NCBI GenBank assembly: GCA_002269645.1
Contig: NIVC01003949.1
Location: 3,964 to 67,963, forward strand
Origin: Macrostomum lignano
Lineage: Eukaryota
Direction of reading: 5' to 3'
Length of the DNA: 64,000 bases
Shown here one piece after another: positions 49,329-61,099 of this stretch. Position 1 is the stretch's first letter, and each line of letters starts with the position of its first letter. A program made the translations under genes and the position numbers. The notes beneath the pieces are model-generated. The model had not been told where the DNA came from. It made no database searches and was given only the letters and a program-made list of their open reading frames with translations.

Positions 49329-51406
49329 CTGGACAACAGAGTAAGGCAAAGCTAGCAGTCATGCTTATTCCACTGAGCCCCTTGAGAATGCTCACGCAGG
49401 GTGCACACTCTCTGCACCTTGTGTTTAGGGTGAGGTAATTAACTCTCATGGTCGGGAAATGCAGCGACAAAGCACTCCACGTCAATTTTAAAGTGCACGC
49501 GTTACTTTAATTTAGTATTTTCAAATCCACTCAAAAAATAGATGATGATTAAAACAAATGATGATTCAAACAAAATACCTTGGATTGAATTGTCTTGAAA
49601 CATTTAGGCGACAAAACATAGGATGAGCTACCTGACCCGTTTTTTTATGTTTCATGCTAAAAATTGACTTTCAAAATTTTTTAAAGAATTGGTTCATTTT
49701 CAAAGGTTTCATCATCATTCGTTTTTACAAGCGTAATTTGTTACTCTGACAATTTGAATTAGGCAAGCCGAAGTTTCAATAATGAGTCCAATAAATAGTG
49801 CAGTTAAAGTCGAGCCAATTTCTGTATCAATAAAAGTCTGTCTGTAACCTTGACGATAGGCTTTGCGGAAGTGGATATTGTTTTCTACGCACTTCAAAAT
49901 TCTTACCTACACGAGAGTTGGCCAAAGGTTGGAATTAGCTAGCTCGTACCCAGAATCATATCTGTAGCTTAATTTCACTCTATGCGCCATTTTTGTTTTT
50001 TTATTCGATACAAAAGTGTGACGCGTAGACATTTTATTGTGCTGAAGATGCTTCAATGTGTATCATATTTTGCGCTGAGAAGTAGCTAAACGGCTGCATC
50101 GCAACAAGCTGAGATGGTCTCATTGGTTTCAACAGAATTAAAATACAGATCAGGTTCAACTTCCGTAAACAACCTACAAAAAGTGACCTAGGCATTGGAT
50201 ACATCTGAGATTAGATACTACAGTGTATTGGGATGAGGCGTCCCAATAATAAAGCTTATCCTAAAACGGAAAAAGACTGCCCTCTGTATAGTTCTCATCT
50301 GTCTGTTTGAAACAGCTTTTTTCTGTAGCCAAGGCTTGAATCCAATGGAATTTGCGACAGATAAAATTTACGGATGTTTCCTTTTAACCTTAGTAACCTA
50401 CAGTATGTATACAATTGATATGTCATTCTGCTCATACTGACACCAGCAAGAACTTGTGTTTGAAAATTGACAGCCCCTAATTTTATGCTTTTTGGGACAC
50501 CCGTTAGTGTGCATTCTTTGATTCAGTGTGATTTTTTAAAGAATATTGATAAATAATAATTACAAAGTCTGAAACGATTTCCTTTCAGTTCTTTAATTGT
50601 TTTTGTATCCTAAAAGCCAAACAGTGAAATTCTTCACGATAAGTAGAGTAAGGACGCAAACGGAAAATCCAGTGCATAATAATCCCGTACCTCTAGCTTT
50701 GGGCTTCAATGTGTAACCTCTGTCCCTCTAAGGTCCCTCTAAAACTTTTTTGTTCTAATGGAACCCAACCTTTGACAAGCTTCATTTAAAACGCTAGTAC
50801 GCTCGTATTTATAGGCATAGAGGTCGCGATTTTACCTGTGCAATGCACATTTTGGCATTGACTAAATTTAACTTCTAGATCCTCTACAGTATATACAGAA
50901 TGACTAATGCAGTCATCAAAATGTACCAATGGAAACCGCTTGAAAATTATGATTTGGTAAATGCGACGCAATGGCACAGCTTCCTGCTAGCTAACTGATG
51001 TTTTGGATGTATTATCTATCTGACCCGGCGATGATGCGTGGGTGCGGATGTACTTTTAAGTAAGATCAGAATTATATGTGAAATCGAACTACTCGAGAAC
51101 TAAGATGATTCGCCCCTGTTGTCGTTGAAACTATAATAGGTCACCGTGATGACACGTATGACCTTATGCCAACGTTCTACCATTATATATCCTGCTAGCT
51201 CAGTGATTCTTGGGTTTTGATGCACTTTTCAGCAAACAAAACTGTTGATACTATAGCATTATGCAGGCACACAAAGATGTCTTTTAGGCTCTAACGAAGT
51301 CTACAACACTACAAAGCTGCTGCTGGTCTGAGTTCTGAACTATGCGAAGCATTGAAGACATATCTGTTGCTGTTGGAACTAATTCAACAGCAATTAAGTT
51401 GCTTAC

Positions 51407-51748
51407 CGAACCGGTTGAATTTCGACTCCAAGACAGAGCTGCCCATTCCACCGCCGCCAACGACTTTGTCAGCGTTGGTTCTTCGGCCGCCGACGTGACT
51501 GGACGAGCCGCCGCCGCCGCCGCTGCCGCCGCCCGCGCTCTTCGCCCCGCTACCAGGCGGTCCCAGAGTCGCAGTTGGTGCCTTCGGCCTGACGGCTTCA
51601 ACTGGTAGCACGCGGCGGCGCTTCTTTGGCAGCTTACTGCGCGCTTGAGTGTGCGAGTAGAACATTGAGAAGTTGGACACGATCACTGGCACCGGCAGGG
51701 CGATGGTAAGCACTCCAGTCAGTGCGCACAGTGCTCCGACAAGCATTC
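51407..51748 (-). CDS. Shaw: Shaw/Kv3 K+ channel exon: S6 and proximal C-terminus
   Basis: [51 protein letters not shown] is Shaw-specific; ATACTCAG acceptor and G|GTAAGC donor. Confidence 0.93.
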
Positions 51749-52428
51749 CTGAGTATATTTTTCAAGTGATTTATGAGAATCAAAATATTTCCAACGTAAA
51801 AAAGTCGAGATGAACGCTTAGCAGTGCCAGTGTCAATCAACACCCGATCGTGTATTTACAAAGCTATTTTAACGACTTTTAGGCACAGGACATGTATATA
51901 AGCTGGTACGTAGGATAAAAAATTTATATAGAATCCTAATTTTCTAAACGAAAAGCTCTACAAATTAGGACAATAGAACTTTTACAAAGGCAAGTCATAT
52001 CAGAAGACGAACATTGGGTCTGCCTCCCATCAAAAGCAGCAATTGCAATTTTGGCGTTGAAAAAATGAAAACCTCTGTTCTCCGCAATGTATTTTTTCCC
52101 GGTAAAATCTGTCTCCTAATAATTTCCTACTTAAGTGGCTCAACCACCCTGTTCTAAATTCATCTTGCCTTTCAATATTTGTTTGACTGTTCTTCTCGTC
52201 TCTTTGAGAGCAACAATGCAAATTAGTTTCGAGTGAAAGACACTTGTTCTAGCTGCGGCCATTGTGCAAAGCAAACGCTACATTATTTAATCAGCATAGT
52301 AGTCTTTTGAATTCCCAGCGGACATGCAGCCGTCCGTTCCCATTTCAGTTCCAAACTGGATTTGTGTAAGACTAATTTAATCTACAGAAACAGCTTTGCT
52401 GGATCACTGGATATTCAGCTATTGTAGT

Positions 52429-54501
52429 CAGGGGCGTCGCCATGGATTTTATGGTGCGGGGGGGGGTGACAAAACCAAGAATTCAACATGAACATGTTCA
52501 TGACTAAATTCCTACATTTCCATTATTTTGAGAATCGCGTTGTCAGCGCTCATTTTGGCGCCGCAGGCACTCATTTTGACGCCGCAGCCACTCATTTTAG
52601 CGCCGCAGGCACTCATTTTAGCGCCACAGGCACTCATTTTAGCGCCGCAGTCACTCATTTTAGCGCCGCAGTCACTCATTTTAGCGCCGCAGTCACTCAT
52701 TTTAGCGCCGCAGGCACTCATTTTAGCGCCGCGGGCACTCATTTTAGCGCCGCAGGCACTCATTTTAGCGCCGCAGGCACTCATTTTAGCGCCGCAGTCA
52801 CTCATTTTAGCGCCGCAGGCACTCATTTTAGCGCCGCAGGCACTCATTTTAGCGCCGCAGGCACTTATTTTAGCGCCGCAGGCACTCATTTTAGCGCCGT
52901 AGGCACTCATTTTAGCGCCGCAGGCACTCATTTTAGCGCCGCAGTCACTCATTTTAGCGCCGCAGGCACTCATTTTAGCGCCGCAGGCACTCATTTTGGC
53001 GCCGCAGGCACTCATTTTAGCGCCACAGGCACTCATTTTAGCGCCGCAGTCACTCATTTTAGCGCCGCAGTCACTCATTTTAGCGCCGCAGTCACTCATT
53101 TTAGCGCCGCAGGCACTCATTTTAGCGCCGCGGGCACTCATTTTAGCGCCGCAGGCACTCATTTTAGCGCCGCAGGCACTCATTTTAGCGCCGCAGTCAC
53201 TCATTTTAGCGCCGCAGGCACTCATTTTAGCGCCGCAGGCACTCATTTTAGCGCCGCAGGCACTTATTTTAGCGCCGCAGGCACTCATTTTAGCGCCGTA
53301 GGCACTCATTTTAGCGCCGCAGGCACTCATTTTAGCGCCGCAGTCACTCATTTTAGCGCCGCAGGCACTCATTTTAGCGCCGCAGGCACTCATTTTGGCG
53401 CCGCAGGCACTCATTTTGACGCCGCAGGCACTCATTTTAGCGCCGCAGGCACTTATTTTAGCGCCGCAGGCACTCATTTTAGCGCCGCAGTCACTTATTT
53501 TGGCGCCGCAGTCAGTCATTTTGGCGCCGCAGGCACTCATTTTGACGCCGCAGGCACTCATTTTAGCGCCGCAGGCACTCATTTTAGCGCCGCAGTCACT
53601 TATTTTGGCGCCGCAGTCACTCATTTTGGCGCCGCAGGCACTCATTTTAGCGCCGCAGTCACTTATTTTGGCGCCGCAGTCACTCATTTTGGCGCCGCAG
53701 GCACTCATTTTGACGCCGCAGCCACTCATTTTAGCGCCGCAGGCACTCATTTTAGCGCCGCGGGCACTCATTTTAGCGCCGCAGGCACTCATTTTAGCGC
53801 CGCAGTCACTCATTTTAGCGCCGCAGGCACTCATTTTGACGCCGCAGCCACTCATTTTAGCGCCGCAGTCACTCATTTTAGCGCCGCAGGCACTCATTTT
53901 AGCGCCTCAGGCACTTATTTTGGCGCCGCAGTCACTCATTTTAGCGCCGCAGGCACTCATTTTAGCGCCGCAGGCACTCATTTTGGCGCCGCAAGCACTC
54001 ATTTTAGCGCCGCAGGCACTCATTTTAGCGCCGCAGTCACTCATTTTAGCGCCGCAGGTACTCATTTTGGCGCCGCAAGTACTCATTTTAGCGCCGCAGG
54101 CACTCATTTTAGCGCCGCAGGCACTCATTTTAGCGCCGCAGGCACTCATTTTGGCGCCGCAAGCACTCATTTTAGCGCCGTAGGCACTCATTTTAGCGCC
54201 GCAGTCACTCATTTTAGCGCCGCAGGCACTCATTTTGGCACCGCAGGCACTCATTTTAGCGCCGCAGTCACTCATTTTAGCGCCACAGGCACTCATTTTA
54301 GCGCCGCAGGCACTCATTTTAGCGCCGCAGGCACTCATTTTGGCACCGCAGGCACTCATTTTAGCGCCGCAGTCACTCATTTTAGCGCCACAGGCACTAT
54401 TGTCGCCCTGCAGCAACATTATTGATTTCCATAACGGGTCACAAGGGGGGGACAAAGCATTGGCATGTCCCCTTGTCCCCCCCCCGGTGGCGACGCGCCT
54501 G
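52429..54501 (+). mobile_element. hAT-type MITE carrying an expanded 21-bp VNTR (about 88 units), inside a Shaw intron
   Basis: 14-bp TIRs CAGGGGCGTCGCCA / TGGCGACGCGCCTG (1 mismatch); 8-bp TSD ATTGTAGT (52421-52428) / TTTGTAGT (54502-54509); array CACTCATTTTAGCGCCGCAGG at about 52547-54397. Confidence 0.88.
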
Positions 54502-55330
54502 TTTGTAGTTATAACCAACTATATCCACGTGAAAATCGAAGTTTTCACTAGACAAGGATAGTTTTCCAGTCTATCACGGGTTGCTCTAGTAGAGAGTTAA
54601 TGGAATATCAGAGACTATCCTAACTTGGTCGATACGGCCAGGGTGGCACGGAGTCACACTACCCTCGGGCCATGTGTATCTGGGCGAGCAAAGTCATTTT
54701 TCCTACCGTACTATCCTACACTCTGTTTTATCCCATACAGTCCATCTCTCTCGTTAGCGAATGCTCGCTTCATTAATTCCCATTGCATGCATGGCAAACT
54801 GTTGGGATATTTGCGCCCAACGGCTACCTAAGAGTTTAGGTCTTAGAGCTTCTTTTTCATTCCTTAGGGATTCTATAGTTGCTTATTTAATAGTTTCTTT
54901 TTCTGCAAAGGTGTGCGTGTAAGATTCTGTTTCATGTGCATGGATAACCTCCTGAGGGGTTCTTAAACGAAAACGATTTCTAAGAAATGAGCTGCATGAT
55001 GGTAAGAAACGTGTCTGTATATATTTGTTGTTACGCTAGCGCATTCAGTATGCTCTAGAGAAATCTGATTACTTTTTGTCTATGGCAAACCCAATTCAGC
55101 GCTGTGCGTTCTTTTGGAGTGCGGTTTGAGTCACGACTAGAAAATTCAGTTCTTTAAAACAACTGAAACCAGCCTCATCTTCCTAACTTCAGGCAGAATT
55201 TATTCTCTTTTATGATCTGTAAGGAAGGTATTTCTGAGCACGTAGTTGAAAAAACCCACTTTTGAAAGCTGATTCTAAAAGCAACTTTGTGTGTGTCATG
55301 TTTTCTATTTTAATATTTTGTATGAGTCCC

Positions 55331-55357
55331 GTAGTAGTAGTAGTAGTAGTAGTAGTA
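55331..55357. repeat. (GTA)n microsatellite
   Basis: About 9 units. Confidence 0.85.
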
Positions 55358-55479
55358 ATGCGATTACAAAAAAGCACCGCGTCAAGAACCTAAACTACTT
55401 TTACGAGTAAGAGACCTTTCAAGCATTTTATTGACAACTAACAACTGAAAACAACTGACAACTGACAAAGTAGAACTGG

Positions 55480-55860
55480 GGATCTGGGAGGCTGGCCCAG
55501 CAACTGACATGCTGGGAGGCTGGCCCAGCAACTGAGGATCTGGGAAGCTGGCCCAGCAACTGAGGATCTGGGAGGCTGGCCCAGCAACTAAGGAACTGGG
55601 AGGCTGGCCCAGCAACTGACATTCTGGGAAGCTGGCCAGCAACTGGGGATCTGGGAGGCTGGCCAGCAACTGAGGATCTGGGAGGCTGGCCAAGCAACTG
55701 GGGATCTGGGAGACTGGCCAAGCAACTGGGGATCTGGGAGGCTGGCCCAGCAACTGGGGATCTGGAAGGCTGGCCAGCAACTGAGGATCTGGGAGGCTGG
55801 CCCAGCAACTGAGGATCTGGGAGGCTGGCACAGCAACTGAGGATCTGGGAGGCTGGAACG
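55480..55860 (-). repeat. 28-bp CCAGCCTCCCAGATCCTCAGTTGCTGGG family array, Shaw intron
   Basis: Same unit as 32535, inverted; begins about 70 nt after the donor at 55930. Confidence 0.92.
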
Positions 55861-55930
55861 GCATAGCCGTTCATCAATACATCAATTGACAGAATACATT
55901 TTTCAATGCATGATTGAATAAGTGACTCAC

Positions 55931-56169
55931 CTGCATAAGTTTTGGGCGTCATGTCTCCATATCCGACGGTTGTCATGGTAACAATGGCCCACCAAAGACC
56001 AATTGGGATTGAGTCGAAGGAATTATCGGGATTGTACTGAATTCGCTCGGCATAGTAGATCAGCGCAGCAAACACTACGATGAAGACTATTAGAAAGAAC
56101 ACCAGCAGCAGGAGCTCCTTGGCTGAGGCTTTAAAGGTGTGAATCAGGATCTTCAGGCCGGAGATGTGT
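55931..56169 (-). CDS. Shaw: Shaw/Kv3 exon: S4-S5 linker, S5 and pore loop
   Basis: [26 protein letters not shown]...YYAER...[27 protein letters not shown]; TTTCGCAG acceptor and G|GTGAGT donor. Confidence 0.95.
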
Positions 56170-56289
56170 CTGCGAAATTGATAATTCAGTCACGCGTTTT
56201 GCATCTGTGATTGATTTGTCGCACTGCATGTTTTTATAAAATGAAGCTGACATGCCACAATCTGCACAGGATGACGCTAACTCTAGCAG

Positions 56290-57472
56290 GTGGCATCCCT
56301 GTCTAACAGGTGACACAACCCTATTTAACAGGTGACGCAATCCTGTCTAGCAGGTGACATCCCTTTCTAACAGGTGACACAATACTATCTAACAGGTGAC
56401 ACAATCCTATCTAACAGGTGACACAATACTATCTAACAGGTGACACAATACTATCTAACAGGTGACACAATCCTATCTAACAGATGACACAATCCTATCT
56501 AACAGGTGACACAATCCTATCTAACAGGTGACACAATCCTATCTAACAGGTGACGCAATCCTGTCTAGCAGGTGACATCCCTTTCTAACAGGTGACACAA
56601 TACTATCTAACAGGTGACACAATCCTATCTAACAGGTGACACAATCCTGTCTAACAGGTGACACAATCCTATCTAACAGGTGATACAATACTATCTAACA
56701 GGTGATACAATACTATCTAACAGGTGATACAATACTATCTAACAGGTGATACAATACTATCTAACAGGTGATACAATACTATCTAACAGGTGATACAATA
56801 CTATCTAACAGGTGATACAATACTATCTAACAGGTGATACAATACTATCTAACAGGTGATACAATACTATCTAACAGGTTGCATTCCTATGTAACACGTT
56901 ACATTCCTATCGAACAGGTGACATAATCCTGTCTAACAGGTGACACAATCCTGTCTAACAGGTGACACAATCCTGTCTAACAGGTGACACAATCCTGTCT
57001 AACAGGTGACACAATCCTGTCTAACAGGTGACACAATCCTGTCTAACAGGTTGCATTCCTATCGAACAGGTGACACAATCCTATCTAACAGATGACACAA
57101 TCCTATCTAACAGGTGACACAATACTATCTAACAGGTGACACAATACTATCTAACAGGTGACACAATCCTATCTAACAGGTGACACAATCCTGTCTAACA
57201 GGTGACACAATCCTATCTAACAGGTGACACTATCCTATCTAACAGGTGACACAATCCTATCTAACAGGTGACACAATCCTATCTAACAGGTGACACAATA
57301 CTATCTAACAGGTGACAATATTCTATCTAACAGGTGACACAATCCTATCTAACAGGTGACACTATCCTATCTAACAGGTGACACAATCCTATCTAACAGG
57401 TGACACAATCCTATCTAACAGGTGACAATATTCTATCTAACAGGTGACACTATCCTATCTAACAGGTGACGC
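56290..57472. repeat. 22-bp minisatellite CTAACAGGTGACACAATCCTAT (about 53 units)
   Basis: Period 22; contains variant units matching the 38745 array. Confidence 0.95.
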
Positions 57473-58130
57473 ACTAGTGCAAGAGGTGTCATTATTATTA
57501 GTATTATACATACTAATTTTATGTTCGTAAAGTAGTTTTTGAAGGAAAAAATTATATCTACAAAATTAGCTTCAACTCAAATCGGCAGGGTAATTATCGG
57601 AAATCTACCATTGCTCAAGTATGACTTACTTGGTTGATAATAGCAATTACCATGACAGATCATATGCAAGATTCTGGCATTAGTCAGAGCAAGGCATGCA
57701 GGGGCATCTCGTGGAACTCCTCTGCCCGCCCCACAAAACTTATCAAGGTTAGCCGAGGCTGTTTGGCCATATCTGTGTCCCAACTCTCTCACTCTCTTAC
57801 CCTCTCTGCTCCCAGCGCCGCGAACTCAGAATCTTGATGCAGATTCGCTTCGCTGGCCAATTCGCTCGGCACACCGAGTTGACATTTTCCAACTGCATTA
57901 GGGAGGCTCCCCAACATGCCGCGATCCCTGCTAGCAACCCGAGCCGAGACATTAGCCAAGCCGCTCCCGTAGGTCGCAAGTCCCGGAGTCCCATTCCAGT
58001 AATAACACCGCCCCCCCCCCCAATCACATTCTGCTCCGGCTGGCTGCACCAACCCCAAGCCAACCGTGTGTGCGCGTTTGCCCCGTCTTGTGGAGAAGAC
58101 AGAGGAGTAAAGACTAAACACACAAGCCCT

Positions 58131-58185
<55 letters not shown>
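58131..58185. repeat. (CT)n microsatellite
   Basis: Read directly. Confidence 0.9.
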
Positions 58186-58187
<2 letters not shown>

Positions 58188-58309
58188 AATTTCGAGTCTC
58201 CAGACCTCACGGTATGCTTTGGTACAACTGATCCGAAAGAGCTCACACGCTGCCAGACAGAGCGGCAGCTGTTACAAATTGTATCACTGAGGTTTAACCT
58301 TGACTTTCC

Positions 58310-59180
58310 AGATCTGGGAGGCCCAGCAACTGAGGATTTGGGAGGCTGGCCCAGAAACTGAGGATCTGGGAGGCTGGCCCAGCAACTGAGGATCAGGGAG
58401 GCTGGCGCAGCAGCTGAGAATCTGGGAAGCTGGCCCAGCAACTGAGGATTTGGGAGGCTGGCGCAGCAGCTGAGAATCTGGGAAGTTGGCCCAGCAACTG
58501 ACACTCTGAGAGGCTGGCCCAGCAACTGAGGATCAGGGAGGCTGGCGCAGCAGCTGAGAATCTGGGAAGCTGGCCCAGCAACTGAGGATTTGGGAGGCTG
58601 GCGCAGCAGCTGAGAATCTGGGAAGTTGGCCCAGCAACTGACACTCTGAGAGGCTGGCCCAGCAACTGAGGATCAGGGAGGCTGGCGCAGCAGCTGAGAA
58701 TCTGGGAAGCTGGCCCAGCAACTGAGGATTTGGGAGGCTGGCGCAGCAGCTGAGAATCTGGGAAGTTGGCCCAGCAACTGACACTCTGGAGGCTGGCCCA
58801 GCAACTGAGGATCTGGGAGGCTGGCCCTGCACCTGAGGATCTGGGAGGCTGGCCGGCAACTGAGAATCTGGGAGGCTGGCCCGGAAACTGAGAATCTGCG
58901 AGGCTGGCCCAGCAACTGGGAATCTGCGAGGCTGGCCCAGCAACTGACGATCTGGTAGGCTGGCCCAGCAACTGAGGATTTGGAGGCTGGCCCAGCAACT
59001 GAGGATCTGGGAGGCTGGCCCAGCAACTGAGGATCTGGGAAGCTGGCCCAGCAGCTGAGAATCTGGGAGGCTGGCCCAACAACTGAGGATCTGGGAGGCT
59101 GGCCCAGCAACTGAGGATCTGGGAGGCTGGCCCAACAACTGAGGATCTGGGAGGCTGGCCCAGAAACTGAGGATCTGGGA
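58310..59180 (-). repeat. 28-bp CCAGCCTCCCAG family array with a 140-bp higher-order repeat
   Basis: GATCAGGGAG recurs at 58391, 58531 and 58671; begins about 30 nt after the donor at 59209. Confidence 0.93.
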
Positions 59181-59209
59181 TTGAATCAATCGAACTCCAG
59201 CCCACTCAC

Positions 59210-59851
59210 CTGGTCAGCTTGAACAGCCGCATGATGCGGATGATGCTGAAGAACTCGAGCACCTCATAGCTGGCCTCATCAGCATTCAGAGCGCTGTTCA
59301 AGGCCAAGTCCATATAGAAGGACAGCGTGGCAATAAAATCGATGATGTTCACTGGCGATTTTAGGAACTCCAGCTTACTTGGAGTCACGGCAAATCTGGT
59401 GACGATCTCGAAGGTGAACCACGAGTTGCAGACGCACTCGACGAAGAAGAACGCCTGATGGGGCTCGCTGCGGTGCTTGTAGAAGGCGAAGGACTGATTG
59501 CCCAGCAGGTCCAGCACCACCGTCTCATTCGAGATGATCGGCACTCGCAAGCCGGGAAAAGTCTTCAAACAGAAGGACAGGATGCTGATCACGATGAAGA
59601 ACACTGAGACTACAGCGACAATTTTTGCCGCGGCCGAGGAGTAGGGCTCGTCGAACAGGGCCCAGAGCTTCGGTTTCAACCTCTGCCAGATGTTCAACTC
59701 GTTGTTAATGAATTTCTCTTCTAAGCCGAACTTTTTGTAGAGATCTCTTCTTCGCGAGCTTGTCGGTGTCCAGGTCGAGTCTGTCCAGAATAGTGAGCGT
59801 CTCCTGGGTCTCACGGTGGGAGGTGTACGTCATCCAGCAGCACGGCTCCAC
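59210..59851 (-). CDS. Shaw: Shaw/Kv3 exon: end of T1 through S1-S4, with an apparent frameshift near 59750
   Basis: TGTCCGCAG|[31 protein letters not shown] in one frame; [10 protein letters not shown]...[11 protein letters not shown]...S1-S3...[14 protein letters not shown](R) in another; AG|GTGAGT donor. Confidence 0.92.
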
Positions 59852-59869
59852 CTGCGGACAGCGTTGAAG

Positions 59870-60440
59870 GAGCAGGTGGATTAACAGACAGGTGGTGAAG
59901 AACCAGGTAGATCAACAGACATATGAAGGACAAGAACCAGGTGGAAGCATTAATAGACAGGTGAAGGTCAAGAACCAGGTGGATCAACAGACAGATGAAG
60001 GTCAAGAACCAGGTGGATCAACAGACAGATGAAGGTCAAGAACCAGGTGGATCAACAGACAGATGAAGGTCAAGAACCAGGTGGATCAACAGACAGATGA
60101 AGGTCAAGAACCAGGTGGATCAACAGACAGATGAAGGTCAAGAACCAGGTGGAAGCATTAATAGACAGATGAAGGTCAAGAACCAGGTGGATCAACAGAC
60201 AGATGAAGGACAAGAACCAGGTGGATCAACAGACAGATGAAGGACAAGAACCAGGTGGAAGCATTAATAGACAGATGAAGGTCAAGAACCAGGTGAATTA
60301 ACAGGCAGATGAAGGTCAAGAACCAGGTGAATTAAAGACAGGTGAAGGTCAAGAACCAGGTGAATTAACAGGCAGATGAAGGTCAGGAACTAAGTGGATT
60401 AACAGACAGATGAAGATTCAGATGGATTAACAGACAGGTA
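59870..60440. repeat. 34-bp minisatellite AAGAACCAGGTGGATCAACAGACAGATGAAGGTC
   Basis: About 16 units ending next to the Shaw acceptor. Confidence 0.93.
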
Positions 60441-61099
60441 AATGATCAGGATACTTGAGGAACTGATAGCCTCTCTAAAGCTATAAAAAGCTCTTACTTC
60501 ATAGTAATTCCAACTGCATCGCATCGGGAGTGAAGCCGATAAAAAGAATCCCATTGTTCCCCATCGGTTCTCTGGGAGAGGCAATAATGAAAATGGCTCG
60601 GCAATTGCAGTTTTGCCTATTCATCAGACGAGACAAAAAAATTATAGAATTTTTAGCGGGCCAACCTGCTGCACTGCCTCTCACCCAGAGCTTATGCGTA
60701 CGCTTTTCAGTGTGGAGGATGGAGCCGGAGTGGAAAAAACACTTCTAGAGAGGCCTTCTACGGCTATACAGCGAGTGTTACCTTGGCCGCTGCAACAGCT
60801 GCTTAGCTTAAATGGGGGCAGGTGCGTGTGTGGGGGGAAGAGAGTTCCGTTTGTCGGGAACAAACTACAGCCAACCCCCCCCCTTCAGGATGTATAGTTT
60901 GAATTGGCTATTGAGGCTCAAGCTATGAAACCGTTGAGTCTGAGAATGAGGCTGAAGCTGAAGCTGTGTATGTAATAATTTTCTTATAAAGAACCGACTC
61001 TTTAAATTTCAGCTCGGACAACTCAGACTCGTTTATGTCTCTTCTCCCCTCTCCTATCATCTCTCATCTCCTCTTTTCTCGTCTCTCTCCTAGCCTGGG

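Noticed and set aside
50042-50075. Second hammerhead (CTGAAGATGC)
   Set aside because: No stem II partner or GAAA box follows; the same applies to CTGATGA at about 8846, 12401, 12721 and 31506.
52488-54425. 645-aa and 461-aa ORFs (AAGTHFS / MSACGAK repeats)
   Set aside because: Produced by a 21-bp stop-free repeat inside a MITE within a Shaw intron; open in several frames on both strands, with no domain or splice support.
57789-58300. GC-rich segment with ORFs on both strands inside a Shaw intron
   Set aside because: No recognisable protein motif or element ends.
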